Positions 1 to 12,846 of a stretch of 64,000 nucleotides of DNA are shown one piece after another. This DNA is from Dictyostelium discoideum. Lineage: Eukaryota. The stretch covers positions 1,344,001 through 1,408,000 of the forward strand of contig CM000152.2 of the NCBI GenBank assembly GCA_000004695.1. Reading direction: 5' to 3'. The position numbers were made by a program, and so were the translations under genes. Position 1 is the first letter of the stretch. Each line of letters starts with the position of its first letter. The notes below the pieces were generated by a model. It was not told the DNA's origin, searched no databases, and saw only the letters and a list, made by a program, of their open reading frames with translations.

Positions 1-29
1 TATAACAAAATTAAAATAATTATAAATAA

Positions 30-413
30 ATAATAGTTGATAGTGTTACAAAAAGATTTGCAACCAAGAAATCAGCAGGTTCAACTAAAAATGGTAGAAC
101 ATCACAACCAAAGAATTTAGGTCTCAAAAAATCAGGTAATCAATTAGTTTATCCAGGTGAAATTATCATAAGACAAAGAGGTACCGAATTTCATCCAGGT
201 ACATTTGTTGGTATGGGTAAAGATCATACTATTTTTTCAAAAACAATTGGTTTAGTTAGTTTCTCAAAAGAACCAAAATTCCCAGGTTCAAAAAAAACTC
301 GTAGATTCATTTCTGTAGCTCCTTTATATACCAACAATATCAATATCAATACCAATATCGATACCAGTATTGATACCAATGTCAATAATAATAATAGTAA
401 TATAAATATTTAA
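30..413 (+). CDS. Mitochondrial ribosomal protein bL27, 3' part of gene; the first exon(s) lie upstream of the window or are not resolved
   Basis: The frame containing the ORF at 213..413 is open back to position 30 (TAA at 27-29). Its translation is [63 protein letters not shown]..., which matches the bacterial-type L27 core (GGSTKNGRDS...RQRGTKFHPG...G.G.DHTLFA). An AG at 35-36 is a plausible acceptor. No ATG precedes it, so an N-terminal targeting exon upstream is expected. Confidence 0.8.
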   Translation: MIVDSVTKRFATKKSAGSTKNGRTSQPKNLGLKKSGNQLVYPGEIIIRQRGTEFHPGTFVGMGKDHTIFSKTIGLVSFSKEPKFPGSKKTRRFISVAPLYTNNININTNIDTSIDTNVNNNNSNINI

Positions 414-962
414 AAAAAAAAAAATAAAAAATAAAAAATAAGAAAATAATAAAAAAAAAGTATATATATATATAAGAAAAAAAAAACAAACAAAAGATAT
501 TTTCCAAATTTATAAATCTTAATTTTTAAATTAAATCTTTTATTTTTATTTTTTAATAATTATTATTTTTTTTAAAACCAAAAAAAAAAAAAAAAAAAAT
601 CAAACAATCAAAAAAAAAATCAAAAAAAAAAAAAAATAATGATGAGGTGGGAACTTGACACGATAAAAATTCCAATTTTCCGAAGATATTCATGGGAACT
701 CGAAAGCTATCACTTTAGATTTGTTATTTAATTTTTTTAATTTTTTTTTTAATTTTTTTTTTTTTATTTTTTAAACTGTTTTTTTTTTTTTTTTTTTCAT
801 TTCTCCCTATTTATTTTTTTATTTTTTTTTATTTTTTATTTTTTATTTTTTTTTAATAACCCCCAAAATCGAGAAACAAATAAAATTATCATTATTTCTT
901 TCTTTTATAACTTTTTATTTTTTTTTTTTTTCTTCAAAAATTAAACATTAAAATTAAAAACA

Positions 963-2111
963 ATGATTCACCATAAAAAATCAAAGTCACTATATTGGTT
1001 CTTTGTCGGAATTTTATATATTCTGATCTGGGAAACAAGTAAGTATATTAAGTTTAGTAAACTGAAAAAAAAAAAAAAACTTTTTTTAATATTAAAACTA
1101 ATTTAATATTTTAAAAAATTAGTAATTTGTATAGCATATAAAGAAATAGAGAGTGAAAAACAAGTTTATAGAGATATTTCAAAATCAATTTTTCAAAATT
1201 TACAAGAATCAATAGATAGACAATCAAAAGATAATAATAATAATAATAATAATTATGGAATAAATGATGAAGATGATAATATTATTAGAATTGATAAACC
1301 AATTAATGAACCAGATTCACCATCACCATCACCATCTAAAATTATAACAACAACAACAACAACACCAGATTCATTATCAAAACTTTCATCAAAATTTGAA
1401 CCATCATCAATTGTAAAAGATTTAGTTAGTGATTTACCACCATTTTATTTCTCATTTAATGTTACAAACTCGTCAATGACATTACCAATGAATATGACAT
1501 GGGATAAATTCAATGTTTCAGATATTAATATTAGCGCACCACATATTGAATTCCCATTAGATTTCTCTGCAAGTAATATGACATTCAATATTAGTGTTGA
1601 AGCTGAAACATTTCCAATCGCTATGAACCTTATTGCAAACAAAAGTGATGTTCCAATTTCATTGGGTATCTATGGTGCTGATAGTATACCAGTGACTTTA
1701 AACGTTGGTAAAATGGAGGCACCTCTATTAAACTATTTCTTCTTTGCTATATTTGGTTCAATAAATGGGATTTTATTAATTTGGGTTATCATTCAACAAA
1801 TTTGTATTCAAAATTTAAAGAAACGTTTAGATACAATCGATATTTCAAATGATGTATTAAAAGGTAAAAGATATAAAAGAGGAAATGTTTGGTATAAATC
1901 AATCAACTCTGATGATGTTACAAGTGATAATGAAATTTTAAATAATGGTCGTAGTTCAAATCGTGATCAAATAATTGATATAAATAATACTGATAATAAT
2001 AATAATAATAATAACATGAATCAATCATTAATATCAATATGTAAACAATGTGGTCAAACTAATGGTAAAACTAAATTTTGTTTTGATTGTGGATCTAGTT
2101 TAATTAATTAG
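963..2111 (+). CDS. Hypothetical membrane protein with a C-terminal CxxC..CxxC zinc-ribbon; 2 exons, join(963..1038,1123..2111)
   Basis: ATG at 963. A GTAAGT donor follows ...GAAACAA at 1039, and a TTAG acceptor lies at 1121-1122, giving an 84-nt AT-rich intron. The phase-1 join continues the frame of the ORF at 1476..2111. Exon 1 encodes a hydrophobic signal-anchor (MIHHKKSKSLYWFFVGILYILIWET). A second hydrophobic segment (LLNYFFFAIFGSINGILLIWVII) follows later. The protein ends CKQCGQTNGKTKFCFDCGSSLIN. Confidence 0.6.
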
Positions 2112-2297
2112 ATAAAAAAAATATACAAAAAAAAAATAAAAAAAAAGATCTAGATCTTTAATTTCTTATTATTAGTATTGCTATTTAGTAATAGATTAAT
2201 TATAATGAAAAAAAAAAAAAGTATTATATGTTTATTTATTTTGTTTTATTTTATATATTTATATTATTTTTATTTTATTTTATTTTATTTTTTTTTA

Positions 2298-3566
2298 TTA
2301 AAGTTTATTTTTAATTGATTGATTTAAAACTGTAATATCAACAAAATGCCAACAATTATTCATTACACCTCTAAGATTCCAAATATCTTTAACATCTTTT
2401 GGTTGAGTATTTGAAGCAGAATCCCAAGCACGACAAACCAATCTAATTTTTTGATGATCTTTATTTTGTAATTGTGGTAATTGTGTAATGGTATATTTAA
2501 AGAGTACCCAACTCCAATATTTATTACAAACACCTTTATCTTCACCCATTAGCTCGGCATAATCCCAAGTTTCACCACCATCTAAACTAATGTCAACTCT
2601 TTCAACTTTTCTACCACCACCACTAGTTGCGTAACCAGTGATGGTGAATGGAAGATAAAGTGTAGAGTTTGGTGCAGGTATACAAATTGCACTTTGGATT
2701 GACAATTCTTGTAATGATGGTGTTTTATCCCAATACTTTTCGACATTATTCCAATCTACACCATTATGAAATATTTTATAATCCCTACGTTGAAAGAAGC
2801 TTTCACTCTCTTGAGATGACACTGTCACTTTATCCAACCATTTAACACTTCTTGCTCCAATGATACCTGGTGCTATAACTCTTAATGGGTAGCCGTGATC
2901 TCTTGGTAACGGTTCGCCATTCATTTCGTAAGCTAAAAGTACATCACCATCTAAATCCATAGCTTTCTCCATTGTAATTGAACTACCATATGGTTTACCA
3001 TTATCTTCTGGACAACCAAAATCCAATCCCCAAAATACTGCATGTAATGCACCCTCTGTCTTTGTAAATACTTTTGCATATTCTAATATATCCTTTAATC
3101 TACATCCACTCCATGATGCTGTTGATAAACTTGCAATACCCCAACCAACTCCTCTAACTTTTTTATATTCACTCATCATTGTTCTTCTATTACCTGCACA
3201 CTTTTTTTTTTTTTTAAAAATAATTAATAAATATTCAATTTTTTAATAATAATAGTAATAAAATATACTTACTTGAATTGAAGCATTAATTGTAACTTTT
3301 TCAAATTTATTTTTGATATCAGATAATGATAAAATTAATGGATTACCAACTAAACCATCTACTTTTAATGCATATGATTCACCATTAATATCTGGTACAG
3401 GTGCATGATTTCTCACATAAAATTTCTCTGTTGGTGTAATAAATTGTTGAACTAATACATCTTGTCTTGGTTCTGCATTAAATGGTGCTTTAAAATTAAT
3501 TGTAAAATCTGGATCTCTATATGGCTCATTTGCAAAAGATACATTTTGGTTATTATTATGTTGCAT
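2298..3566 (-). CDS. Sulfite oxidase-family molybdopterin oxidoreductase: Moco-binding domain plus Moco dimerisation domain, no cytochrome b5 domain; complement join(3273..3566,2298..3200)
   Basis: Exon 1 (MQHNNNQNVSFANEPYRDPDFTINFKAPFNAEPRQDVLVQQFITPTEKFYVRNHAPVPDINGESYALKVDGLVGNPLILSLSDIKNKFEKVTINASIQ) ends at a GTAAGT donor at 3272. The poly(A)-AG acceptor at 3201-3202 places exon 2 at 3200. This join reconstitutes the conserved sulfite-oxidase motif ...ASIQ|CAGNRRTMMSEYKKVRGV... (human SUOX has TLQCAGNRRSEM). Exon 2 carries the dimerisation domain. The intron is 72 nt. Confidence 0.85.
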
Positions 3567-4298
3567 TTATTATTTTTTTTTTATTTTTTTTATTTATTTC
3601 TTTTTTTCTTTTTCTCTTTTTTTCTTTTTTTCTTTTTTTCTTTTTTTATTTTTTTATTTTTTTCTTTTTCTCTTTTTAATATTTATTTAAAAATTAAAAA
3701 AAAAAAAAAAAAAAAAAAAATTTAAAAATAATATGAATACGTATGTGTGTGGATTATAAAAAATAAAAAATTAAAATTTTTTTTTTTTTGTTTTTTGTTT
3801 TTTTTAATATTAAAAATGAAGAGAATAAAAAAAAAATTAAGTCGAAAATGATAAAATTAAAATTTCAACAAAATTTTAAAAATAAAAAATGATCGGCCTG
3901 GAAAAATAAAAAAACTTCCCACTTTAAAAAAAAAAAATAATATTGGTTTTTTTTTTTTTATTTGTTTTTTGTTGTTTAGTTTAAACTAAATTTAATTGGT
4001 ATAAACAATGATTGTTTGTTTTAATTATATTTAATTTCCAGTTTTTTTTTTTTTTTATTATTATTTTTATTTTTATTTTTATTTTTAAAATTTTTCTTTT
4101 AAATTAAAAATTTTAAATTAAAAAAAAAATATTAGAATTTTAATCCTTTTTTTTTTTAAAAAATTACTTGAAATCATTTAAATTTACAAATGTACTTTAA
4201 TTTTTTTATTTTTTTTTATTTTTATTTTCATTTTTTTATTTTTTTCTATTTTTAGAATTAAAAATTTAAAAATAGATTAGAAAAAGGATAATAGAAAA

Positions 4299-5246
4299 CT
4301 ATTCCCACCAATCCTTAGTAATTGGAATATAACCTTGTTTAATTTTATCAGAAACAAATTCTTCCAAAGTTTTATAAGAAACAGTTGTTGTTGGTGATTG
4401 ACCACTTAAAGAAGTTGAGTTTCTTGTGGGAACGGTAGTACTAGCTTCATTGAATTTAAGTTCTTGATTTAAATTGTTTACACTTGAAGAACGAGAAATT
4501 GTAGGAGAAGTTGTACTACTATTAGTTGGCGATATATTGGAACCTCCACTACTACCACTACTATTTAAACTTGATGCTAAAAGTTCATTTAAATTTTGTG
4601 ATGAACCACTTTTTGGTATATTATTACTTGAATTTGAACTTGAACTACTACTACTACTACTACTGCTACTAACCCTTCTTGGTGGTAAATTTTCAACATG
4701 ATAGCCATGAGAAGATGATTTAATGATTGAATGTAATATTTTTCTATGAGGATCGGATAAATAAGAGAATACAAATGAACCTGGTCTACTATTAGAATTT
4801 CTAATGATGAAACCACCAGCAGGTGCACCAGAAAGTAGAGATGCAACACCTTGAGTTTCAAGTGTTTGAAAGAACCATCTCTTTTCAAATACACCGGCCT
4901 CTTTTAACTTCATTTTTGCTTTTTTCTCTAATTCATGAGCGATATCAGTACCAGGTCTAATGGCAGCCCAACCTCTTAAAGCTTCAGCCCAATTAAAGAG
5001 AGCATAATGATGATTTCTTTTAAGTTTTACAGCAAGTTGAAACTTTTCAATTGCAGACTGATATAATTTTTCAATTTCAGCTTTACCATGTGCTTTGATA
5101 TATGTTTTATTTGAAATTAATCTTGCACGCATTGATAATAAAATTCCCCAATGTGTAAGTATTTCATAATCATCTGGTTTTGATTGAATTGCTACTTTAA
5201 ATTTCTCTGCTGCTTGTATAAATAAATTATCTGCAGAATTTGTTAA

Positions 5247-5306
<60 letters not shown>

Positions 5307-5775
5307 ATTATCATCACTTCCATCATTTGATCCGTCAGGATTATTATTATTATTATTAATATTATTTGAAGTATTATTTGAAGTTGAAGTAGTAGTTGAA
5401 GTATTTGTTGGTTGTTGTGGTTGTGGTTGTGGTTGTTGTTGTTGTTGTTGTTGTTTTGATAATGAAATTGCTTGATGAAATAAACTTACACCTTGTTGAT
5501 AAGGAATGGAGTGAAGAAATTTAACTTTTGGTGTAATAGAAATGATATCATCAGGTTGTATGGATTCACTTTGATCACCCAATTTTTTATATAAACCATC
5601 TCTAAATACAATACCCATCATTTGTGAAATTCTATACAATAACAATTCCAAAGAAAATCCATCTAAATCACAACTTTGTAATAATGAAATACACATCATT
5701 CTATTTAAAAATTTACAAATATCCGGTAAATTAATATTATAATTTATATTATTGTTATTATTCGGATTATTATCA

Positions 5776-5830
<55 letters not shown>

Positions 5831-6881
5831 CTATACTATTATTATTATTATTATTATTTATTAATGGTAATGATCTTAAAAAACTTCTTAATCTATTTTT
5901 AATTTTTCTAGCTATAATTTCAGTATTTATAATTGTTGACAAACGTTGGTCAATTGCATGAAAATCAGTTTTTTTTAAACGTTGTAAATAACGAACGTTT
6001 ATACCTTCACGATGCATACTATCGATTAACATTAGATTTTGAGAAAGTTCCATAATATTTTTACATTTTGTTTTCTTTACTTTTTGATTCATTAATAATA
6101 CAAAACTTGGAATGATATGATTGAGTAAACGTTTTTGTGATCTTTCAACCTCTTCATTGTTTTTATCTCTATCGGGACCAGCAAACTTTGTAAAGGCATC
6201 AGAGGATAGGGGCATCTTTGAACTTCGTACCAATTCGGGTCTAAGAAGTGTATAAAGATGTGAACCTGTTTTACCGGGTATTGGCTTCTCTGGTGGGAAA
6301 ACTCTAGCTGTATCGATTACAACGAAATGATTATCCTTTGTGATATGTCCTTCAATATCGCATGGCCCATATAGAAATGTTTTATTATCGCTCTGACCAG
6401 TATAATGACCTTTTAAATTCAATATTTCACCGGCTTTTCTCATTTTGTCTTCCATCTCTTCGCTTTTATTATAAACTGTTTCACCACCATCATTGGATCC
6501 ATACACCAATGTTTTATCACCATCGATATTAAGTTGAGATGTTGCAATTAATCTATAACCCATATAATCGATCAATGTCATCAATGGTAAAAACAAACCA
6601 TCGATTTGACAATTGAAATATCCCATTAACCCTTTTAATTCATGACCTGCTGACTTCATTGCAAATGCATCGCCACCATAAATACCATAACAATCTACTG
6701 CAAACTTAAAAAATATACCACTCTTTAAATATTTTAATCCACCTGCAACTCCACCTGCATCATATGATGGTATTGTCCATCCACTTGATAATCCTTTCTC
6801 TTGAATAATAGTTACACCATGTTTTGTTGCAACATTTACAAATTCTTCTGCAATTGCTTGAATTTTTTGACTTCTTTTTCT
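4299..6881 (-). CDS. Multidomain protein with an N-terminal Clu (clustered-mitochondria) domain, a central TPR-like region and a C-terminal SH2 domain; the 5' end is unresolved
   Basis: The 786-aa ORF (ATG at 6659) stays open in frame upstream to a TAA at 6882-6884. That upstream stretch encodes a compositionally normal peptide (RKRSQKIQAIAEEFVNVATKHGVTIIQEKGLSSGWTIPSYDAGGVAGGLKYLKSGIFFKFAVDCYGIYGGDAFA, then MKSAGHELKGLMGY...LIDYMGYRLIATSQL), which looks like a Clu-domain signature. The middle of the protein has TPR-like helices (AEKFKVAIQSKPDDYEILTHWGILLSMRARL...NWAEALRGWAAI). The C-terminus has an SH2 domain (WFFQTLETQGVASLLSGAPAGGFIIRNSNSRPGSFVFSYLSDPHRKILHSI...YHVENL, with the FLVR-type Arg) at about 4690..4900. 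The coding region contains long (AAT)n and (CAA)n tracts. No in-frame ATG exists between 6660 and 6881, so an upstream exon or start is needed. Confidence 0.65.
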
Positions 6882-6997
6882 TTATTATCATTATTAAAAA
6901 TAAAATAAAATAAAATAATTAATAAATTTTAAATCTAAAAACTTTTTTTTTTTTTTTTTTTTATAGTTTTTTTCAAATTCTGTGTAAATTTTTCAAT

Positions 6998-8374
6998 TTA
7001 TTGTTGTACATACAAATTTTCATTACCACAATTATGATCCATTTGTAAAGCATTCCAAAAATCTAATGACCAATTTCTAATTGGTTCAGTTGGTTTTTCA
7101 ATCTCTTCCTTTTTAAATAAACTACCTAAACCATTTGAATTATTAATCTTTGTTTTCAACGCTTCTAAATCTCCAATTGATAATTTTTCAAAATGTAAAT
7201 CACCACTACTATCACTCATATTACCTAAACTATTAATTGCTTTTTCTTTTAAATTTGTTGTAGTTGTTGTTGTAGTTGTTGTTGTTGTTGTCGATTCATT
7301 ATTATCGTTATAATTATCATTATCGCTATCACTATCATCTTCATTTGGATTATAATCATCTTCGACATATAGTGGAGATGGAGCTGATCCCATATTTAAA
7401 CTTGACCTATTATTATTAATACCTCTACTACTACTATTTTTATTTTGTAAACTATTATTAGGATTATTAGAATTATTATGAATAAAAGATGGTAATGGTG
7501 GTGAATTACCAATTTGAAAATTTGATAAGTTTGGTAATAAAGTATTTTGAGAAGATTTTAAACCTTCTATCTCTAAAATATTTTTATCCTTTGAAATACT
7601 AACTGGTGCACTTGATGATCTATCTCTGCTATTTCCAATTATATTTATATTTTTATTTATTGATATTGATGATTTTGATGTTGATGTTGTAGTATTTGTT
7701 GTTGTTGTTGTGGTGGTGGTTGTAGTGGTGGTTGTAGTTGTCGAGGCTTTATCTACATTACCATATAATGATTGTTGTTGTTGTTGAGAATTTACTTTAC
7801 CATCTCCACCACCATTAAAGTTATAATATACAGCCTGATTAAATTTTGGAATTGAAACAGGATTATAATGATCTACCCTATTAATTGGTCCCATTGGTAC
7901 CAATACTGGATTACTACATGATATTTCAAATAAATCTGATGCAATTAGAGGTGATTTCTTTAATTTATCAATATAAATAAAAACTTCATTTATTGAAACT
8001 TTGTTATTATTATTATTATTATTTGTTGTAGAAGTGGTGGTGGTAGTGGATGATTTCGAAGATCTTCTTGTTGATGGTGAGGAGGTTGGTGTTGGTGTTG
8101 ATGGGGAAGAGGATGATGACGAAGATGATGATGATGATGATGAATCTGGAGATGTTGCTTTTTTCTTTAAAAAAATTAATAAAATAACATATTTGATAAA
8201 GTTTTCTGAATCATCAGGGTTCTCTTCAAACCTTTTGTGGAGATCTGGTAATGATAATAATAATTCATTTATATCTGTATTTGTTCCCATTTTATTTGGT
8301 GATATTGTTAATTCAATACCACCACCTATCCCTTTTTTACTTTTATTATTTTCATTAACAATTGATGTTGTCAT
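6998..8374 (-). CDS. Hypothetical Ser/Thr/Asn-rich low-complexity protein
   Basis: A 458-aa ORF with a true ATG at 8374..8372. Most of it is homopolymeric S/T/N, with non-repetitive ends (MTTSIVNENNKSKKGIGGGIELTISPNKMGTNTDINELLLSLPDLHKRF... and ...PTEPIRNWSLDFWNALQMDHNCGNENLYVQQ). I recognise no domain. Confidence 0.45.
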   Translation of the reverse strand: MTTSIVNENNKSKKGIGGGIELTISPNKMGTNTDINELLLSLPDLHKRFEENPDDSENFIKYVILLIFLKKKATSPDSSSSSSSSSSSSSPSTPTPTSSPSTRRSSKSSTTTTTSTTNNNNNNNKVSINEVFIYIDKLKKSPLIASDLFEISCSNPVLVPMGPINRVDHYNPVSIPKFNQAVYYNFNGGGDGKVNSQQQQQSLYGNVDKASTTTTTTTTTTTTTTTNTTTSTSKSSISINKNINIIGNSRDRSSSAPVSISKDKNILEIEGLKSSQNTLLPNLSNFQIGNSPPLPSFIHNNSNNPNNSLQNKNSSSRGINNNRSSLNMGSAPSPLYVEDDYNPNEDDSDSDNDNYNDNNESTTTTTTTTTTTTNLKEKAINSLGNMSDSSGDLHFEKLSIGDLEALKTKINNSNGLGSLFKKEEIEKPTEPIRNWSLDFWNALQMDHNCGNENLYVQQ

Positions 8375-8647
8375 GGTAGTATTATTATTTTATTTTTACT
8401 TTTTACTTTTTACTTTTTACTTTTAACTTTTAACTTTTTACTTTTTACTTTTTACTTTTTATATAGTTTGAATTTATTTTTACTTAATTTTATTTTAAAT
8501 GGTATATTAATTTTATTTTTATTATTTTTTTTTAATTTTATGTATTCTATTTATAAATATTGATGTAGTATATTTGAAATGACACTTCATATATTTATAT
8601 ATATAATTGAAAAGAAAAAAAAAAAAAAGATTAATAAATTCAAAAAT

Positions 8648-8678
<31 letters not shown>

Positions 8679-9493
8679 TTATTTGTATAATAAATAAACA
8701 TATAACTCTTGAAGTAAAAGTAATAATAAAAAAAAAAATAAAATAAAATAAAAAAAATTTTAAAAATTGAAAAAAAAAAAAAAATGAAAAAAAAAAAAAA
8801 AATAAAAAAATAAAATAAAAAAATAAAAAAATAAAATTAATTTTATTTCTTTTTTTTTTTTTTTTTTTGGAAATCTTAATATTTTTAAAAATAATAAATT
8901 ACTTTTTTTGTTAAGTGAAAATAAAAAAATAAAATAAAATAAAAAAAATTAAAATTAAAATAATTTTTTGATCAATTATTAACTATGAAATTTCATTGAA
9001 TATTAATTGAATTATAATATAATAATAATTTTGTTTTAGTTTGAGGTGTTCTAGTTTAGTGATTTTGAAAATAAACACTAAAAATTATTTTTATTATTAT
9101 TTTAATTTTATTTTTTTTCTATTTTTTTCTATTTTTAAATCAATTTAAATAAAAAATAAAAAAAAATAATAAAAAAATAAAAAAAAATTGAAAATAAAAA
9201 TTTAAAGGAATAATTTATTTTTATTTAAATTAACAATTAATATATCTAATTTTTTTGATTTTGATATTACAATGACCCAATCCCAAAACTGGCCAAATAA
9301 TTTAAACCACCCAAACCTTTTATAATTTCGGTTATTGAAAAAACAAACGCCGAATTACTTTTGTAAATTGGAAAAATCAAAAACTGATAAATTTCAAAAC
9401 AAATCTGTACTCAATTTTTTTTTTTTTTTTTTTTAATTAAAAAAAAAAGCTTGCAAACTAAAAATAGGATACTTATTCCCCTTTGGTGTGTAC

Positions 9494-9525
<32 letters not shown>

Positions 9526-9560
9526 TTAAAAAAAAATATATCTTTTTTTTCTCGTTTTTT

Positions 9561-9595
<35 letters not shown>

Positions 9596-9770
9596 GACTT
9601 TTTTTTTTTAAAATGAACCAAAATTTTTAATCAGATCTCTGATGGTCGTGAATTAGCACTAGATCAGTCATTAAGGGAAAAAAGAAAAAAAAAAAAATTG
9701 AAAAAAAAAAAAATTATTTTTCCATTACCTCTTTTTAACTATTACCATTTATTTTTTTTTTAAATATGCA

Positions 9771-9801
<31 letters not shown>

Positions 9802-11000
9802 ATTTAAAATGTTTAAGAAAAAAAAAAAAAAAAAAAAATTTAGTAAAAGGTTTTTTTTTAGTTCAACTAAAACCATATGATAATCTAGATTGAGGAGATA
9901 AATTTATGAGAAAAAATGAGGCATATGAAAGTTTATGTTAATCATATGTGACGATTGGGTATATTGAATGGATTATTATAATTATAAAAAAAAAAAAAAA
10001 AAAAAAAATATCTTTTTTTTTCTTTGATTTGGAAAATTTTGGTTTCAACCAATAATTTTTTTTCTTTTTTTTTTTTTTTTTTTTAATTTTTGATTCAGAT
10101 TATTTGTTTAAATTAGTTATAGTAGATATTTATGCCAATTTAGAAAAAAAAAAAAAAAATATATTTTATTTGATTGATTGTTTTTATTTTTATTTATTTT
10201 TTTTTTTTTTTTTTTTTTTCCTTCATTGATAATATTTGAATAGGTTCAAAAAATAAAAAAAATCTTTTTTTTTTTTTTTTTTAAAACCCAAAAGACATCC
10301 AAAACCTATCAAAATTAATCTACTTAACGAGTTTGCTTCCAATTTTTTTTTTTTTTTTTTTTTTTTTTTGGAGATTTAAGAAATAATAGAAAACTAAAAA
10401 AAATAATAAGGAAAATAGGACAAGTGAATAATAAAAAATTCAATATTTTATTAACTAATTCAATAAAATAAAAAAGAAAAAAGAAAAAAAAAAAAAAAAA
10501 TAATAAAAAATAATAAAAATTAATTAATCAGACGAAAAAAAAAAATTTTCAGCCGCTTTGCGAGTCGACTATTTTTGTCAACTGATAAAAAAAAAAAAAA
10601 AAAAAAAAAAACGCTAAAGCTCTTTTCTAAAATTAGACTCAAACGTTTCTCTCGTCAAAAAAAAAAAATTTATTTTTATTTTTTTTTTTTTTATTTTTAT
10701 TTTTTTTTTTTATTTTTTTTTTTTTTTATTTTTTTTTATTTTTTTTTTTTTTTTTTTAAAAAACTCTCTTGTTGCAAACATAAATATAAAACAAACATAT
10801 AATTTTTTAGAAAAAACATAAGATCAAAGCAAAATTTTTTAAATAATAAAGAATAAAAAAAAAAATAATAAACAACATATCAGTCACAACAAATATATCA
10901 AGATTTCTTTTTCAAAATAATAATAAAAATAGAAAGTAAAAACAACAAAAAGGTAAAATCACACACCCACACTAGATTTTTGATTTTCATCATAAATCTC

Positions 11001-11034
<34 letters not shown>

Positions 11035-12066
11035 ATCTATTTTTATTATTATTTTTTTTATTTTTATTTTTATTTTTTTGTTTTGAAATAGATTTATTAG
11101 TTAACGGGTTATCGTATTCCAAAATTTTTTTTTACTTTTTTATATTTTATTTTTTTATTTTTTTTTTTTTTTTTTTTGTAAAATAAATTGTTTTCTTATT
11201 TTTATATTATTTTATTTTATTTTATTTTATTTTTTTAATGATTGATTAAAAAAAAAAAAAAGAAAAAAATAAAGTTATTGTAAAAAAAAAAAGAAAGAAA
11301 AAAAATCTTAGAAAATTAAAAAAAAAAAAAGATATAAAAACTTTCACACACACAACCCACACACACAAACATCTAAAACCAAGATATATAAAAATATCCG
11401 AAATGGTTTTTTATTATTGTATTTTTTTTTTTTTAAAAAAAAATTATTTTTATTTTTTTATTTTTTTTAATAATTAAAAAAAGATTATTAAAAGACAAGA
11501 ATTTCTTTAGTTGTGATTTTTTTTTTTTTTAAACACTTGGAATTAGATTTTTTTATTTTATTTTTTCATTTTATTTATTTTAATTATTATTATTTTTTTT
11601 TTTTCTTCATTACAGTTGGTAAAATAAAAATAAATAAAAAAATAAAAAAGTAAAAAAAAAGACAATACCATTGTGCTTCTTTATTTTATTTTTATTATAT
11701 ATTTATTTATTATTTTTTTTTGAATAATTTCGTGTGATTCAATCTCAAAATGATTGATCACAAAGTGCCTCATTACATTTTTTTTTTTTTTTTTCATAAA
11801 ATCACATTTTGTAAAATCGCATAAAATTTTTTTTTTTTTTTTTTTTTGCAAATTTTTTAAATGAAAAAAAAAAAAAAATCAATCACCAAGTAGTACCCTT
11901 TTCAATCACAACACAAAAAAAAAAAAAATAAAAAAAAAAAAAAAAAAAAAATTTTATATATCTTAATTTTTTTTTTAAAAAAAAATTATAAAAAAAAAAA
12001 AAAAAGTCAATGGGTATAAAAAAGAAATTTTATTCTCCAAAAAAAATAATAATTTAACAACAACAA

Positions 12067-12237
<171 letters not shown>

Positions 12238-12810
12238 TAATATTAATAGTAATAAAATAATACTAACAACAACTTAACACAATAATAAAAATAATTAAAA
12301 AAAAAAAAAATAATAATAGTTTATTTATTTTTTGTATATTTCAAATAACTAATTAATAACAATCAAATAATTTTATTTTATTTTATTTTTTTCATCATTC
12401 TTAGAAGAGGTAAAAATAGGAGAATTGTATTCACAATATTTTTTTTATTTATTTATTTATTTTTAAAATAATTAATTTTCACAAGGCTAATTATAGAGCA
12501 ATGTAATAATTTTTTTTTTTTTTTGTGTTGCTTATTTTTTTATTATTTTTTTTTTCCAAAATTAATTCTTTTTATGTAGTGTATTTTTTAATTACTTTAT
12601 TTAATACAAAAAAAAAAACACTGAACAAAAAACACACATTGGGATGTTAATAGGTTGTTATTAACTACTAGTTCATTCAAAATTTTATCATATTTTTTTT
12701 TTTTTTTTTTTTGTGTGGGGGAAGGGTACTAATTTTCGTATATTAAAATTCAGCTTACATGTGTGTGGTATATTATTGTTTGTCTAAAAATCTATTTATA
12801 CACATACGCA

Positions 12811-12846
<36 letters not shown>

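Noticed and set aside
3462-3725. Small ORFs in AT-rich spacers (3462..3725, 10575..10802, 10980..11186, 13394..13603, 14973..15197, 15244..15471, 25947..26156, 31978..32160, 39677..39907, 42619..42861 N-terminal part, 45383..45664, 50263..50481)
   Set aside because: Poly-K/F/I/Y translations of poly(dA)/poly(dT) or intron DNA. Where relevant (42619..42861, 39829..40020) only the part belonging to a spliced gene model was kept.
9636-9680. Possible C/D-box snoRNA (tctgatgg ... ctga-like motifs in a non-AT island)
   Set aside because: The C box is imperfect (UGAUGG, not RUGAUGA). There is no convincing terminal stem or D' / antisense element, so it is too weak to call.
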